Below are positions 1 to 12,598 of a stretch of 64,000 nt of DNA, piece after piece. Position numbers and translations under genes: made by a program. The notes below the pieces were generated by a model. The model ran no database searches. It was not told where the DNA came from and saw nothing but the letters and a program-made list of their open reading frames with translations. This stretch comes from Deinococcus sp. GTDB taxonomy: Bacteria; Deinococcota; Deinococci; Deinococcales; Deinococcaceae. The first letter of the stretch is position 1. Each line of letters starts with the position of its first letter. The DNA lies in the NCBI GenBank assembly GCA_965261005.1, contig OZ253375.1, positions 2,752,001 through 2,816,000 on the forward strand, given 5' to 3'.

Positions 1-33
1 GTCTAGGCAGGGAAGAATGCGTTTGGTCAACAT
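1..33 (-). CDS. hisF: N-terminus of imidazole glycerol phosphate synthase subunit HisF (continues off the left edge)
   Basis: Minus strand reads MLTKRILPCLD, the typical HisF start; -10-like TAGACT lies 6 nt before the ATG. Confidence 0.8.
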   Translation of the reverse strand, partial: MLTKRILPCLD

Positions 34-182
34 GCGGGCAGTCTAGCGTCAGCTTGGCGCCGGGTACGTTCCCGCGCCGGAGGGGGCGTGAGGTATTGCA
101 CAGGCCGGGCCAACTCCCCCTATACTAAGAAAAAGTTAAAGCCATTTGTAACCCGACACGAGCGAGCAGCGAGGCAAGACCC

Positions 183-629
183 ATGAATCCCAAACGAATT
201 CTGCTGGTAGACGACAACCCGCACGACGTCGAGTTGGCGCTGGCCGCCTTTGAGGAAGGCGACTTGCGCCACGACGTGGCCGTCGCCCACAGCGGGGTCG
301 AGGCCCTGGCGTACCTGCGGCGCGAGGGCCGCTTTGTGGGGCGCGCGGGCGGCCACCCCACCGTGATCCTGCTCGATCTCAAAATGCCGCACATGGACGG
401 CGTCGCCGTGCTGGAGGCCATCAAAGCGGATTCCGCCCTGAGCGGCATTCCGGTGGTGATGCTTTCGACCTCGCGCGAGGACGGCGACATCGAGTCGTGC
501 TACGCGCGCGGCGCGAGCGCCTACGTGGTCAAGCCGGTGGACTTTGCGCAGTTCATCGAGGCGGTCAAGACCATCGGCGTCTTTTGGGCGCTGCTGAACG
601 AACACCCCCAGCTGAGCGCTGGGAGCTAA
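183..629 (+). CDS. Single-domain response regulator (CheY/Rcp1-like)
   Basis: ILLVDDNPHD, LLDLKMP (phospho-acceptor Asp), YVVKPVDF motifs. Confidence 0.9.
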   Translation: MNPKRILLVDDNPHDVELALAAFEEGDLRHDVAVAHSGVEALAYLRREGRFVGRAGGHPTVILLDLKMPHMDGVAVLEAIKADSALSGIPVVMLSTSREDGDIESCYARGASAYVVKPVDFAQFIEAVKTIGVFWALLNEHPQLSAGS

Positions 630-655
630 CTGCTGACAGCTGATAGCCTCTGCGC

Positions 656-1462
656 ATGCGCACCTATCTGGGCACCGGCGGCTACAGCAACGAGGACTGG
701 ATCGGGCTGCTCTACCCCGAGGGCAGCAAAAAGCAGGACTTCCTGGAGATTTACTCGCACCACTTCGGCGCGGTGGAGCTGAACAGCAGCTTTTACGGGA
801 TTCCGGGCCTCAAGGCTTTTGAGGGCATGCTGAACAAGTCGGGCGGGCGCACCCGCTTCGCGGTCAAGCTGCATCAGGTGTTCACCCACGCCCGCGCGCC
901 GCAGGACAGCGACTTCGACCGCATGCTTCAGAGTCCCGAGCCGTTGCGCGAGGGGGGCGTAATGGGGCCGTACCTGGCGCAGTTTCCCTACTCGTTTCAC
1001 CGCACGGCGGAGAACCGCACGTATTTACTCGACCTCGCCGAGCGCTTCGCCGGGCACGAATTGGCGGTCGAGTTGCGCCACGCCAGCTGGGACAAGCCCG
1101 AGGTGCGTGAGGGCATGGGCGAGTACGGCCTGATCTGGGTCAGCCCCGACTACCCGCCCGTCGGCGGGATGCCCGAGCCGCGCGTCCACGTCACGGGCGA
1201 GGTCGGCTACCTGCGGCTGCACGGCCGCAACAAGGGCAGTTGGTGGGAGGGGGGCAGCGCCGCCGAGCGCCACGACTACCTCTACAGCCGCGCCGAGATG
1301 GACGAGTGGGCCGACAAGATCGCCGAGGTGGCCGGCGAGCTGGAGGAGCTGTACATCTTCTTCGAGAACACGACCAAAGGGCACGCTCTCAAAAACATTC
1401 CCATGCTCGGGGAGGCCTTGGGGAGCCGGGGATTACCGGTGAGCGGGCCGAAACCGGAATAA
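656..1462 (+). CDS. DUF72 family protein
   Basis: VELNSSFY, AQFPYSF, YLRLHGRN, DYLYS motifs; TAGCCT 6 nt before the ATG. Confidence 0.88.
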   Translation: MRTYLGTGGYSNEDWIGLLYPEGSKKQDFLEIYSHHFGAVELNSSFYGIPGLKAFEGMLNKSGGRTRFAVKLHQVFTHARAPQDSDFDRMLQSPEPLREGGVMGPYLAQFPYSFHRTAENRTYLLDLAERFAGHELAVELRHASWDKPEVREGMGEYGLIWVSPDYPPVGGMPEPRVHVTGEVGYLRLHGRNKGSWWEGGSAAERHDYLYSRAEMDEWADKIAEVAGELEELYIFFENTTKGHALKNIPMLGEALGSRGLPVSGPKPE

Positions 1463-1471
1463 GGGCGCCTC

Positions 1472-2191
1472 TTAAGAAACCTGCGTCAGGTGCTTGACCA
1501 CCTCAAGCGGCAACTGGTGTTTTCCCGCCGGGTTGCGCCACAAGCTGACGGCCTGAATTCGCCCATCCCCAGCCTGCGCGCACAGCGCCACCGCGCTGAG
1601 CCGCCCGCGCCCCCGCGAAAAGGCGCGCACGCCTTCAGCCGAAAGGGTCGAACTCGCACCTGCCGCGCGGTCCAGCAAACGAATTGCCGCCGGAACGAGG
1701 TCGCCCCCCTGCGCGTCCGGTGGGTGTGCGTCCGGCGACATGACGACGGCCAGCACGTTCGCCGCCCCGGGCGGGCATTGACCGATCTTGTCGCACAGCA
1801 CGCGGGCGAGCTTGAGCGCGCCGTCCTGCCCGTCCGCTGTTGCCGGTGCGGACGGGTGCAGGTGGGTGACCTCCACGTAAAACAGGGTGCGGGTCCCCAA
1901 GGTCACCTGAAAGTCGGGGCCGCGCCGTCCGCCCACGGGAAGCGGCTCGTACAGGACGGCAAAGCGCCGGTCGCGCGCCAGCACGGCCGCGACCGCCAGC
2001 TCGGCGAGCAGGTCGCTGAGCGCGTTCCCGCTTGAGGCTAGCCGGGCTTTCTTGCGAACCTTGCCGAGGTGGGCCTCCAAAAAGGTGACGAACGGGCGCG
2101 ACTCACGACACCACGAGCGCAAGTACGGCGCGAGCGGATGGTCCGCCGCGCCGCAGATGTCCTGAATAAGGTCGTCAATGCGCTTGGTCAT
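1472..2191 (-). CDS. Hypothetical protein, possible PD-(D/E)xK-like fold
   Basis: 239-aa ORF with GGAG upstream; GPDFQV...FYVEVTH resembles a PD...ExK-type motif. Confidence 0.55.
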   Translation of the reverse strand: MTKRIDDLIQDICGAADHPLAPYLRSWCRESRPFVTFLEAHLGKVRKKARLASSGNALSDLLAELAVAAVLARDRRFAVLYEPLPVGGRRGPDFQVTLGTRTLFYVEVTHLHPSAPATADGQDGALKLARVLCDKIGQCPPGAANVLAVVMSPDAHPPDAQGGDLVPAAIRLLDRAAGASSTLSAEGVRAFSRGRGRLSAVALCAQAGDGRIQAVSLWRNPAGKHQLPLEVVKHLTQVS

Positions 2192-2213
2192 GGGGGCGAA
2201 TTGGCCTCCGAAA

Positions 2214-2250
2214 CTCCTCCCCCCTTGCGGGGGAGGCCGGGAGGGGGTCC
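2214..2250. repeat. REP-like palindromic element (CTCCCCCCTTGnGGGGGAG family)
   Basis: ctcctccccccttgcgggggaggccgggaggggg; same core at 20531 and 25028. Confidence 0.75.
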
Positions 2251-2251
2251 G

Positions 2252-3706
2252 TTAACTGGCCGCCACGACAAAGGTGTGGTAGCCGGTGGCCCCCTCGGGC
2301 AGGGCCTCGGCGTCGGTCTTGACCTGGGCCTCGTCGCCGGAGTAGGCGCGCACCGCCAATTGGTGGCTGCCCGCCGCCGGGGTCCACGGGAGTTCCCACA
2401 GCGTCCAGGCGTACTTGGAGCCGAGTTCGGTCAGCTTGGCCGCCCGCCAGGTCTGCTCGCCGTCGGTGCTGACCTCGACCCGCGTGATGGGCCTCAGGCC
2501 GCCAAAGGCGACGCCGCGAAGGGGGGTGGGCACGCCGGCCTTGACGGTGGGGGTGGCCTCGGCGGGCTGGTCAATGCGGCTCATGATCTCGACCCTCGCG
2601 GTCTTGCTCCAGCCGCGCTTGTTCCAGTAGCCGGCGATGTCCTGGTCGGTCAGGCGAATCGAGGTGATCCACCTGGGCTGCTTCATGCCGTAGCGGCCGG
2701 GAATCAGCACCCGCAGCGGAAAGCCGTGCTTTTGGGAGAGGGGCTGGCCGTTGAGACCGTAGACCAGCACCACGTCCTGCTCGTAGGCGTCGCCCAGGGG
2801 CAGCGACTCCTCGTAGCCGTCGGCGGCCTTCCACACGATGAACTTGGCGCCGGGCTGCACGCCCACCTTCTTGAGCAAGTCGGCGACCGTGAAGCCGGTC
2901 CAGATGCCGTTGCTGATCAGGGGGCCGCCGATGGGGTTGGAGATGCACGACAAGGTGAGCTGCACGTCGCGGCCCGGAAACTGGCGCAACTCGTCAAGCG
3001 TGAAGGTGGCGGGCGACCGCACCATGCCGTTCACGGTCAGCTTCCAGTCCGCCGCGCTCAGCTGGGGATCGAAGGCTTCCAGATTCTTGGAGACGTAATA
3101 GAAGTCTTGCTGCGGGGTGACGCCGAGGGGCAACGCGCCGTCCGGGCCGACTTGGGCCGCCTGCCGCGCCGAGCCGCCCACCGAGCGAAAGACGCCGGCC
3201 AGGCCGCCCGCCACCAGCAGCGCCGAGCCGCCCCACAAGGCGCCCACCAAGGTGCGCCGCTTGTCCACGTCGCCGGTGTTCACGTCGCCGGCGCGCAGGG
3301 GCCGCAGCAGCGCGCGCACGCCCAGCGTCAGCAGCCAAAACGCGGCGGCGTAGCCGAGGGCGACCGGAAAGGGCGTGAAGCTCAGCAGCAGCAAGCCCAG
3401 CGCCAGCGCCCCGACCCAGGGTTGCAGCAGGCCCAGCAGGGTGAGGCCGCCCAGCCACAGCACCACCACGCCGACAAAGGCGAAGATCTTGCCGCCTTGA
3501 CCCAGGCCGAAAATCGAGTGGATGATCTGGAAAACGCGCGGCACGCCCGCGAACTGCGTCAGAATGCCGAACAAATCGAGCGGCGGGTACGCGAGGGCGC
3601 CCCACGCCCGCCCAGCCAACCCCAGCGCGCTCAGCAGCACCGCCGTGAGCCACGCCGCCAACCAATTCGCCTTTAACCATTGTCTCATGCCCGTATTGTC
3701 CTCCAC
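2252..3706 (-). CDS. Membrane-anchored molybdopterin-dependent oxidoreductase (sulfite oxidase family)
   Basis: TLSCISNPIGG (Mo-ligand Cys), HGFPLRVLIPGRYGMKQPRW, N-terminal hydrophobic helices; start may be the ATG at 3688. Confidence 0.88.
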   Translation of the reverse strand: MEDNTGMRQWLKANWLAAWLTAVLLSALGLAGRAWGALAYPPLDLFGILTQFAGVPRVFQIIHSIFGLGQGGKIFAFVGVVVLWLGGLTLLGLLQPWVGALALGLLLLSFTPFPVALGYAAAFWLLTLGVRALLRPLRAGDVNTGDVDKRRTLVGALWGGSALLVAGGLAGVFRSVGGSARQAAQVGPDGALPLGVTPQQDFYYVSKNLEAFDPQLSAADWKLTVNGMVRSPATFTLDELRQFPGRDVQLTLSCISNPIGGPLISNGIWTGFTVADLLKKVGVQPGAKFIVWKAADGYEESLPLGDAYEQDVVLVYGLNGQPLSQKHGFPLRVLIPGRYGMKQPRWITSIRLTDQDIAGYWNKRGWSKTARVEIMSRIDQPAEATPTVKAGVPTPLRGVAFGGLRPITRVEVSTDGEQTWRAAKLTELGSKYAWTLWELPWTPAAGSHQLAVRAYSGDEAQVKTDAEALPEGATGYHTFVVAAS

Positions 3707-3861
3707 TTCCAGTACGCGAACAGGGGGCCGAGCGGTTCAAAAAAGCCGGGAGCGGCGTTCACCTTCCTAAAATCGCGCCCAACCTTACGTAAAGGCCCTT
3801 GCACGACGGCTTCATGCCCGTCACGCACCGTCCTTTTAGGCTGACCTCAGGAGGAACACCC

Positions 3862-4293
3862 ATGACCAAATTGAGAGACATCATGAGCAAGAACTTGGTG
3901 ACCGTGCAGCCCGACACGACCGTGCAGGAGGTGGCCCAGCTGATGAAGCAGCACGACATCGGCAACGTGCTGGTCACCGAGAACAACCAGCTGCGCGGCA
4001 TTGTCACCGACCGCGACATCGTGGTGCGCCTGATCGCCGAGAACGGCGACCCGAAGAGCGGCGTGCGCAATTTGATGTCGGAGAACGTGACGACGCTGGA
4101 CGCCGACACCGACGTGAACGAGGCGTCGCGCTTGATGGCCAGCCAGCAGATTCGGCGCTTGCCGGTGGTGGAGAACGGCCAGCCGGTGGGCATTGTGAGC
4201 CTGGGCGACGTGGCCGTGCGCACCGACGGCTCGGGCGACGAGCGCGCCTTGGAGGGCATCTCGAAGGGCGTGGGCCAAGCGAACAACTCGTAA
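3862..4293 (+). CDS. CBS-pair domain protein
   Basis: LRGIVTDRDIVVR, IRRLPVVE, GIVSLGD; GGAGG RBS before ATG 3862. Confidence 0.9.
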   Translation: MTKLRDIMSKNLVTVQPDTTVQEVAQLMKQHDIGNVLVTENNQLRGIVTDRDIVVRLIAENGDPKSGVRNLMSENVTTLDADTDVNEASRLMASQQIRRLPVVENGQPVGIVSLGDVAVRTDGSGDERALEGISKGVGQANNS

Positions 4294-4413
4294 CTACCCT
4301 GGTGGAAGCGTTGACGGCGGTCCCTGTGAGGGCCGCTTTTTCCGTCGTGGACGCCGGATTCGCGGCCGTGTGGTATTTTCGTCAAACCTCTTACGCGGTG
4401 TTATGCTGCCCAC

Positions 4414-5718
4414 ATGCTGCTCATGCCCGTCACGCAGGCCGTTATGGACGCCGCGCAAGAGGAGTCCTCGGTGCTCACCCTGACGTTCCACTCGGCGGAA
4501 TTCGACGCGGCCCTGTGGTTCGTGAAGGGCCGCATCATGGCCATGCGCGGCGCCGCGCTGCCGCTGATGAGCAGCGCGCTTCAGGCGTATGGGCTGCAAC
4601 CCGCCTCGATTGCCCAGGCCAGGCAGCGTAGCGCCAACGTTTCCGAGCTGATGGAGACGCTGGTGGCCCGCGGCCTGATCAGCGACGAGGACGTGACCGT
4701 GTTGATGCGTGAGCGCGTCGTGTCGGGCTTGCTGCCGTTGGTGTGGCGCCCCGCGCTCGCGCGAATCAGCCCGGCGCCCCCGCTTGGCGGGGTTGGAGCC
4801 GGCGCCGAGTTTGGCGGCGCGAACCGGGGAACGGAGGCGGGCGACGCGCTCCAGGAAGCCGAACGTCACGCCGACGCGCTGACGCGGCGCGAGCGGGCGC
4901 TTCAATTTTCGGACCGCTTCGTGGCCTCCCCGCTGGCCGGACGGGTCGCTCCAGAGGGCGACCCGCTGGACTTGGTGTACCGCGCCGCCCTGCGCGGCCT
5001 GACGCTCGGGGAGATGGCCCGGCGCTTGCCGCAGCGCTGGGACAGCTTGGCGCGCAACGTCCTCAGCTTGCAAGACGCCGGCGTGTTGCACAACGAGCGG
5101 GAGGCGCCGCGCCGCAAGGTGGGCCGCAAGGTGGCGCCCCAAATCGCCGTGGGCGACCCCGCCCCGGACTTCTGCCTGCCTGACTACAACGGCGGCGAGC
5201 TGCGGCTGAGCGATTTGCGCGGCAAGCCGGTCTGGCTGATCTTCAACCGCCAAAGCACCTGCGCGCTGTGCAACCCACACCACGCCCAGATCATCGCCAT
5301 GAGCGACCGGATGCGCCAGCAGGGCGTTCAGATCGTCTCGGTGTGGGGCAGCAGCTTGACGGACCTGCAACACGGCATCGGCGAGCTGCGCCCACCTTAC
5401 CCGGTGCTGGCCGACCCGCGTGACGAGATCTACGACCGCTACGGCCTGACGCGCAGCTGGGGCGGCGTTCTGGACGCGCGCAATGTACCCACGGCCCTGA
5501 AGGGACTTCGCATGCTGGGCGTCAAGGCCCTCAAGGACGACGGCGAGCTGACCCGCATGCCCGCCGAGTTTTTGATCAACCCGGACGGCAGGGTGGCGCT
5601 GGTGCACTACAACACCTACGGCACCGAATGGCTGCCGATGGAGCGGGTGTTCGCTTGGGCCGGCGACCACGCGGCGGCGCTCAGCCCGCTCGGCGCCGAG
5701 GGCTGGGAAGAGTTTTAA
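4414..5718 (+). CDS. DUF4388/PatA-N-like N-terminal domain fused to an AhpC/TSA peroxiredoxin-like domain
   Basis: C-terminal VGDPAPDFCLPD, RQSTCALCNPH, PAEFLINPDG; N-terminal domain call is weaker; TATGCT 6 nt before the ATG. Confidence 0.7.
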   Translation: MLLMPVTQAVMDAAQEESSVLTLTFHSAEFDAALWFVKGRIMAMRGAALPLMSSALQAYGLQPASIAQARQRSANVSELMETLVARGLISDEDVTVLMRERVVSGLLPLVWRPALARISPAPPLGGVGAGAEFGGANRGTEAGDALQEAERHADALTRRERALQFSDRFVASPLAGRVAPEGDPLDLVYRAALRGLTLGEMARRLPQRWDSLARNVLSLQDAGVLHNEREAPRRKVGRKVAPQIAVGDPAPDFCLPDYNGGELRLSDLRGKPVWLIFNRQSTCALCNPHHAQIIAMSDRMRQQGVQIVSVWGSSLTDLQHGIGELRPPYPVLADPRDEIYDRYGLTRSWGGVLDARNVPTALKGLRMLGVKALKDDGELTRMPAEFLINPDGRVALVHYNTYGTEWLPMERVFAWAGDHAAALSPLGAEGWEEF

Positions 5719-5801
5719 GCTGGACCGCGCCGTGGCCAAGTCTTTCCGCGAAGCTGATATTCTGCGCCCATCCGTGGCCCCTCTCCTGACTATTCCCTGA
5801 T

Positions 5802-8318
5802 ATGCCCGCCACCGTTCCCCAAAGCGTCCTCAAGGGCCACGGCAGCGGCCCGCTGCCCCCCATGCTGGAGCAGTACGTCGCGTTGCGCGATCAGTACCCG
5901 GACTATCTGGTGCTGTTTCAGTGCGGCGACTTCTTCGAGACCTTCGGCGAGGACGCCGAGCGCTTGTCGCGCCTCTTAGGCATCAGCCTGACGCACAAGA
6001 CCAGCAAGGAGTTCTCCACCCCCATGGCCGGCGTGCCGGTGCGCGCGGCGGACAGCCACATTGAGCGCTTGCTGGCGGCCGGGGCGCGGGTGGCGGTGGC
6101 CGAGCAGATGGAGCTGCCCGGTTCCGGCCTGGTGGACCGCAAGGTGACCCAGCTGCTGACCCCCGGCACCGTGACCGAGGAGCGCCTGCTCTCCGCCGAC
6201 GAGAACTACCTGGCGGCGGTGGCGACGGGGGACGGCTACGCCCTGGCGCTCTTAGACCTCTCGACGGGGGAGTTCAGGGCGGCCTCTTTCGGCACCCGAC
6301 TGTCCCTTTACGACGAGCTGGGCCGCGTGCGCGCCCGCGAAGTGCTGCTGGCCCCCGAGATCGAGGGAAATCCGGCGTTGCTGGCGGACTTTCAAGGGCG
6401 CTTCCCGGCCATGCTCTCGCGCGGCAGCTTCGATGCAGGCGCGGCCGAAAGCGAGCTGAGGGAGACCCTCGGCCACTTGCCGGACAACCTGACCACGCCC
6501 GCCTTGCTGCGCGCCTGCGGGGCGGTGCTGGGCTACGCCCGCGCGACCCAGCAGGGCAAGCTGGAGATGGTGCGGCGCCTGACCCGCTACGAGCCGGGGG
6601 CGCAGCTGTGTTTGCCCGAAAGCGCCGTGCGGGCGCTGGAGCTGTTCGCGCCCAACAGCTCGGGCGGCCAGACCTTGCTGGGCTGCCTGTCGCAGACCCG
6701 CACGGCGGGCGGGCGGCGGCGCCTGCGGGCTTGGCTGCGCGCTCCCCTGCTGGACGCGGGCAGCGTCCGGGCGCGTGGGGACGCGGTGGAGGCGCTGGTG
6801 CGCGCGGGCGACTTGCGCGCGGGCCTGCGCAGCATCCTCTACCGGGCACACGACTTGGAGCGCCTGTCGGCGCGCATCGCCACCTGCCGGGCCACCCCGC
6901 GCGAGGTGGCCGCCCTGGCGCGCACGCTGGAACTGCTGCCGGAGCTGGCCGAGCTGCTGGCGGGGCAGGACGGCGCCTTGGGAACGTTGCAGGCGCGCCT
7001 CGGCGCCCTGCCCGACGTGGTCGCCCTGATCCGCGCGGCCCTGGTCGAGAATCCCCCCCTCAAGCTGGGCGAGGGCGGCCTGATCCGCGAAGGGTTTCAC
7101 GCCGAGCTGGACGCCCTGCGCGGCGAGGCGCTCTCTGGCCGCAGCTGGATGGCCGAGCTGGAGGCGCGCGAGCGGGGGCGCACCGGCCTGCCCGTCAAGG
7201 TCGGCTATACCAGCGTCTTCGGCTATTACCTGGAGGTGTCGCAGGCCAACGCCCACAAGGTGCCGGGCGATTACCGTCAGATCGCCACCCTCAAGGACCG
7301 CGCCCGCTTCACCCGGCCCGACATCCGCGAGCGTGAGCGCGACATCGCCCGCTGCGACCAAGCGGCCGAGCGGCTGGAGGCCGAGGTCTTTAACGAGCTG
7401 CGTGAAACGCTCTCCGGGCGCGGTGAGTCGCTGTCCGAGGCCGCCTTCGCCCTCAGCGAGCTGGACGTGCTCTCGACCCTGGCCGATGTCGCCGCCGGTC
7501 GCGGCTGGGTGCGGCCCGTGACGGTGGAGAACCACGTCCGGCTGTCTCAAGCGCGCCACCCGGTCGTGGAGCTGGCCCTCTCGGAGGCTTTTGTTCCCAA
7601 CGACGCCGAGCTGACCCCGGGGCGGCGCGTGCTGCTGCTGACCGGGCCGAATATGGCCGGCAAGTCCACCTACCTGCGCACCGTCGCGCTGTTGGCGCTG
7701 CTGCACCAGATCGGCAGCTTTGTCCCCGCCGACGAGGCCGAGCTGCCGCTCTTTGACAGCGTCCACACCCGCATCGGCGCCTCGGACGACCTCGCGGGCG
7801 GGCGCAGCACCTTTATGGTCGAGATGTCCGAGCTGGCGGGCATTCTGCACGGCGCCGGGGCGCGCAGCTTGGTGGTCCTCGACGAGGTGGGGCGCGGCAC
7901 CGCCACCCTGGACGGCCTCGCCATCGCCCAAGCGGCCCTGGAACACCTGCACGCCACCGGCGCCTACGCCCTGTTCGCCACCCATTACTTCGAGCTGACC
8001 CGCTTGGAAGGCGAGCTGCCCGGCCTGACCAATTTGCACGTCGCGGCCCAGGAGGAGGCCGGCGCGCTGACCTTTTACCACCAAGTCTTGCCGGGGGCGG
8101 CCCGCAGTTCCTACGGCGTGGAGGTTGCGCGTCTGGCCGGCTTGCCGGGAACAGTCACCGAGCGCGCGGCGCGGCTGCTGACGGCCTTTTCGGCGCGCGG
8201 CGGAGGTGGCCCCGACCTCACCCAGGAGCTGGCCGCCCTGGACCTCGGCCGCCTGACGCCCTTGGAGGCGCTGCGGCTGCTGCACGAGTGGCAGGGGAGG
8301 CTGGGGGGCAAAAGCTGA
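5802..8318 (+). CDS. mutS: DNA mismatch repair protein MutS
   Basis: GDFFETF, TGPNMAGKST P-loop, STFMVEM, DEVGRGT, FATHYFEL. Confidence 0.98.
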   Translation: MPATVPQSVLKGHGSGPLPPMLEQYVALRDQYPDYLVLFQCGDFFETFGEDAERLSRLLGISLTHKTSKEFSTPMAGVPVRAADSHIERLLAAGARVAVAEQMELPGSGLVDRKVTQLLTPGTVTEERLLSADENYLAAVATGDGYALALLDLSTGEFRAASFGTRLSLYDELGRVRAREVLLAPEIEGNPALLADFQGRFPAMLSRGSFDAGAAESELRETLGHLPDNLTTPALLRACGAVLGYARATQQGKLEMVRRLTRYEPGAQLCLPESAVRALELFAPNSSGGQTLLGCLSQTRTAGGRRRLRAWLRAPLLDAGSVRARGDAVEALVRAGDLRAGLRSILYRAHDLERLSARIATCRATPREVAALARTLELLPELAELLAGQDGALGTLQARLGALPDVVALIRAALVENPPLKLGEGGLIREGFHAELDALRGEALSGRSWMAELEARERGRTGLPVKVGYTSVFGYYLEVSQANAHKVPGDYRQIATLKDRARFTRPDIRERERDIARCDQAAERLEAEVFNELRETLSGRGESLSEAAFALSELDVLSTLADVAAGRGWVRPVTVENHVRLSQARHPVVELALSEAFVPNDAELTPGRRVLLLTGPNMAGKSTYLRTVALLALLHQIGSFVPADEAELPLFDSVHTRIGASDDLAGGRSTFMVEMSELAGILHGAGARSLVVLDEVGRGTATLDGLAIAQAALEHLHATGAYALFATHYFELTRLEGELPGLTNLHVAAQEEAGALTFYHQVLPGAARSSYGVEVARLAGLPGTVTERAARLLTAFSARGGGGPDLTQELAALDLGRLTPLEALRLLHEWQGRLGGKS

Positions 8319-8332
8319 TCTCTGCGCTCGCC

Positions 8333-8450
8333 TCAGGACGGGGCGCTGAACTCGAAGTCGGCGTACGCCTTCGTCGGCGGTCAGGAGCATACGAAGTTAT
8401 GGTTGCCGAACACGTTGTCCAGCCGGTTCACTGTTGACTAGTACTTGGCC
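8333..8450 (-). pseudogene. Degenerate duplicate of the last 118 bp of gcvP
   Basis: Ungapped match to 9348-9465 with 16 mismatches by hand count; translates [36 protein letters not shown]. Confidence 0.92.
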
Positions 8451-8473
8451 CCCCGCATAAATTCGGAAGGCCA

Positions 8474-8630
8474 TCATGCTGAAACCACCTTCAGCCGCTT
8501 CTCCTCCTCGTGCAGCCGCTCTTGCACGAAGGACTTGAGCAGTGTTTGGTACGGAATGTCCTTGAGCCGTGCGACATCCCTGAACCGCCGCTCAGGTCGG
8601 AGCCACAGCGCAGGCTGGTGGTGCGTGGGA
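8474..8630 (-). pseudogene. Truncated, frameshifted CopG/ribbon-helix-helix antitoxin remnant
   Basis: RTTSLRCGSDL in one frame continues as ERRFRDVARLKDIPYQTLLKSFVQERLHEEEKRL in another, consistent with a 1-nt deletion near 8593. Confidence 0.7.
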
Positions 8631-8681
8631 ACTTGGGCGAGTAGGAAGCAGGGGCAACCATATTTAACGCTGATCTTCTCT

Positions 8682-8701
8682 TGTGCATTAAAGTGTACAC
8701 T
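8682..8701 (+). promoter_or_regulatory. Probable toxin-antitoxin autorepression operator overlapping the -10 box
   Basis: Palindrome AGTGTACACT (8692-8701) contains -10 TACACT; degenerate TGTGCA lies 12 bp upstream, as in YefM/Phd TGTACA operators. Confidence 0.65.
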
Positions 8702-8707
8702 GCGGCC

Positions 8708-8974
8708 ATGTCCCGTTTCCTGACCATCAGCGAGGCCCGCAGACAACTGCTGGAACTGCCCGAGACGCTGGAGCGCGAGCCGGTGATCATCACGCGGCGC
8801 GGCAAGCCGGTGATGGCGGCCATCAGCTATGAGCAGTTCGAGAGCCTGGCCGAGACGCTGGACATTTTGGGCGAGCCTTCCTTTGCCGCCGATTTGCGCG
8901 AAAGCCTGCGTCAGGCCGAGCGCGGCGAGACGCTGAGCTTGGAGGACGTGCGGGCGCGGCTGTCGCGCGAATGA
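8708..8974 (+). CDS. Type II antitoxin, Phd/YefM family
   Basis: TISEARRQL...[16 protein letters not shown]...ETLDIL; TACACT 6 nt before ATG 8708. Confidence 0.92.
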   Translation: MSRFLTISEARRQLLELPETLEREPVIITRRGKPVMAAISYEQFESLAETLDILGEPSFAADLRESLRQAERGETLSLEDVRARLSRE

Positions 8975-9303
8975 TCGAGCGTTACCGCATCGCGTTCACG
9001 CCCAAGGCCGCCGCGATGCTGGAGGCGGTGCAAGACCGCCGAGAGCGAGATTTGCTGCTCAAGAGAATAGAAGAACTGGCCGAGTCCCTAGAACTTCAGG
9101 GCAAGGCGCTGCTGGGCGAGCTGCGCGGCCACCGCAGCGTTCGCGCGGTGGGACAGCGTTACCGCGTGGTCTACCGCGTCGTGCGCGAGGAGATTCTGGT
9201 GCTGGTGGTGGGCGCCGGGCGGCGCAAAGAGGGCGATAAACGGGACGTGTACGAGGTGCTGGAGCGAATGGGCGAAAGGCCCGCGAGTAGACTCAAGCTT
9301 TAA
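8971..9303 (+). CDS. Type II toxin, RelE/ParE family
   Basis: ATGA overlap with the antitoxin; [27 protein letters not shown]...VGAGRR. Confidence 0.9.
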   Translation: MIERYRIAFTPKAAAMLEAVQDRRERDLLLKRIEELAESLELQGKALLGELRGHRSVRAVGQRYRVVYRVVREEILVLVVGAGRRKEGDKRDVYEVLERMGERPASRLKL

Positions 9304-9327
9304 AAAAGCACCCTTGAAGGATGCTTT
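9302..9327. terminator. Probable bidirectional terminator between the toxin gene and gcvP
   Basis: A-tract followed by imperfect hairpin aaagcaccctt-g-aaggatgcttt. Confidence 0.5.
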
Positions 9328-9347
9328 CGTCGCTCAAGCTGCTTCGT

Positions 9348-12221
<2,874 letters not shown>

Positions 12222-12229
12222 GTGGTTCC

Positions 12230-12598
12230 TTACTGGGCGACCTTTTCGTACTCGTCCGCGCTGAGGACGTTCCCCAGCTCGCTCACCTTGAGCTTGAACA
12301 GCCAGCCACTCTCATACGGGCCGGCGTTGATCTGTTCCGGGCTGTCCGCGAGGGCGCCGTTTACCTCGGTCACGGTGCCGCTGGCGGGGCTGTAGATGTC
12401 GCTGGCGGTCTTGACCGACTCGACCACGGCGACCTGATCGCCCGCCCTCACCTCACGTCCCACCTCGGGCAGCTCGACGTAGACCACGTCGCCCAGCTGG
12501 TCCTGCGCGAAGTCGGAGATGCCGACGGTGGCGTCCTCGCCCTCCGCTTTGATCCACTCGTGGCTGGGCAGGTATTGGCGGTCGCTGGGGATGTTCAT
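12230..12598 (-). CDS. gcvH: Glycine cleavage system H protein
   Basis: [26 protein letters not shown] (lipoyl lysine). Confidence 0.97.
   Translation of the reverse strand: MNIPSDRQYLPSHEWIKAEGEDATVGISDFAQDQLGDVVYVELPEVGREVRAGDQVAVVESVKTASDIYSPASGTVTEVNGALADSPEQINAGPYESGWLFKLKVSELGNVLSADEYEKVAQ

Noticed and set aside
6252..8390. Long antisense or alternate-frame ORFs (e.g. 6252-8390, 2069-3676, 10434-12029, 24951-27182, 45805-47565)
   Set aside because: Shadow ORFs of well-supported genes; expected from GC-rich codon bias and lacking motifs
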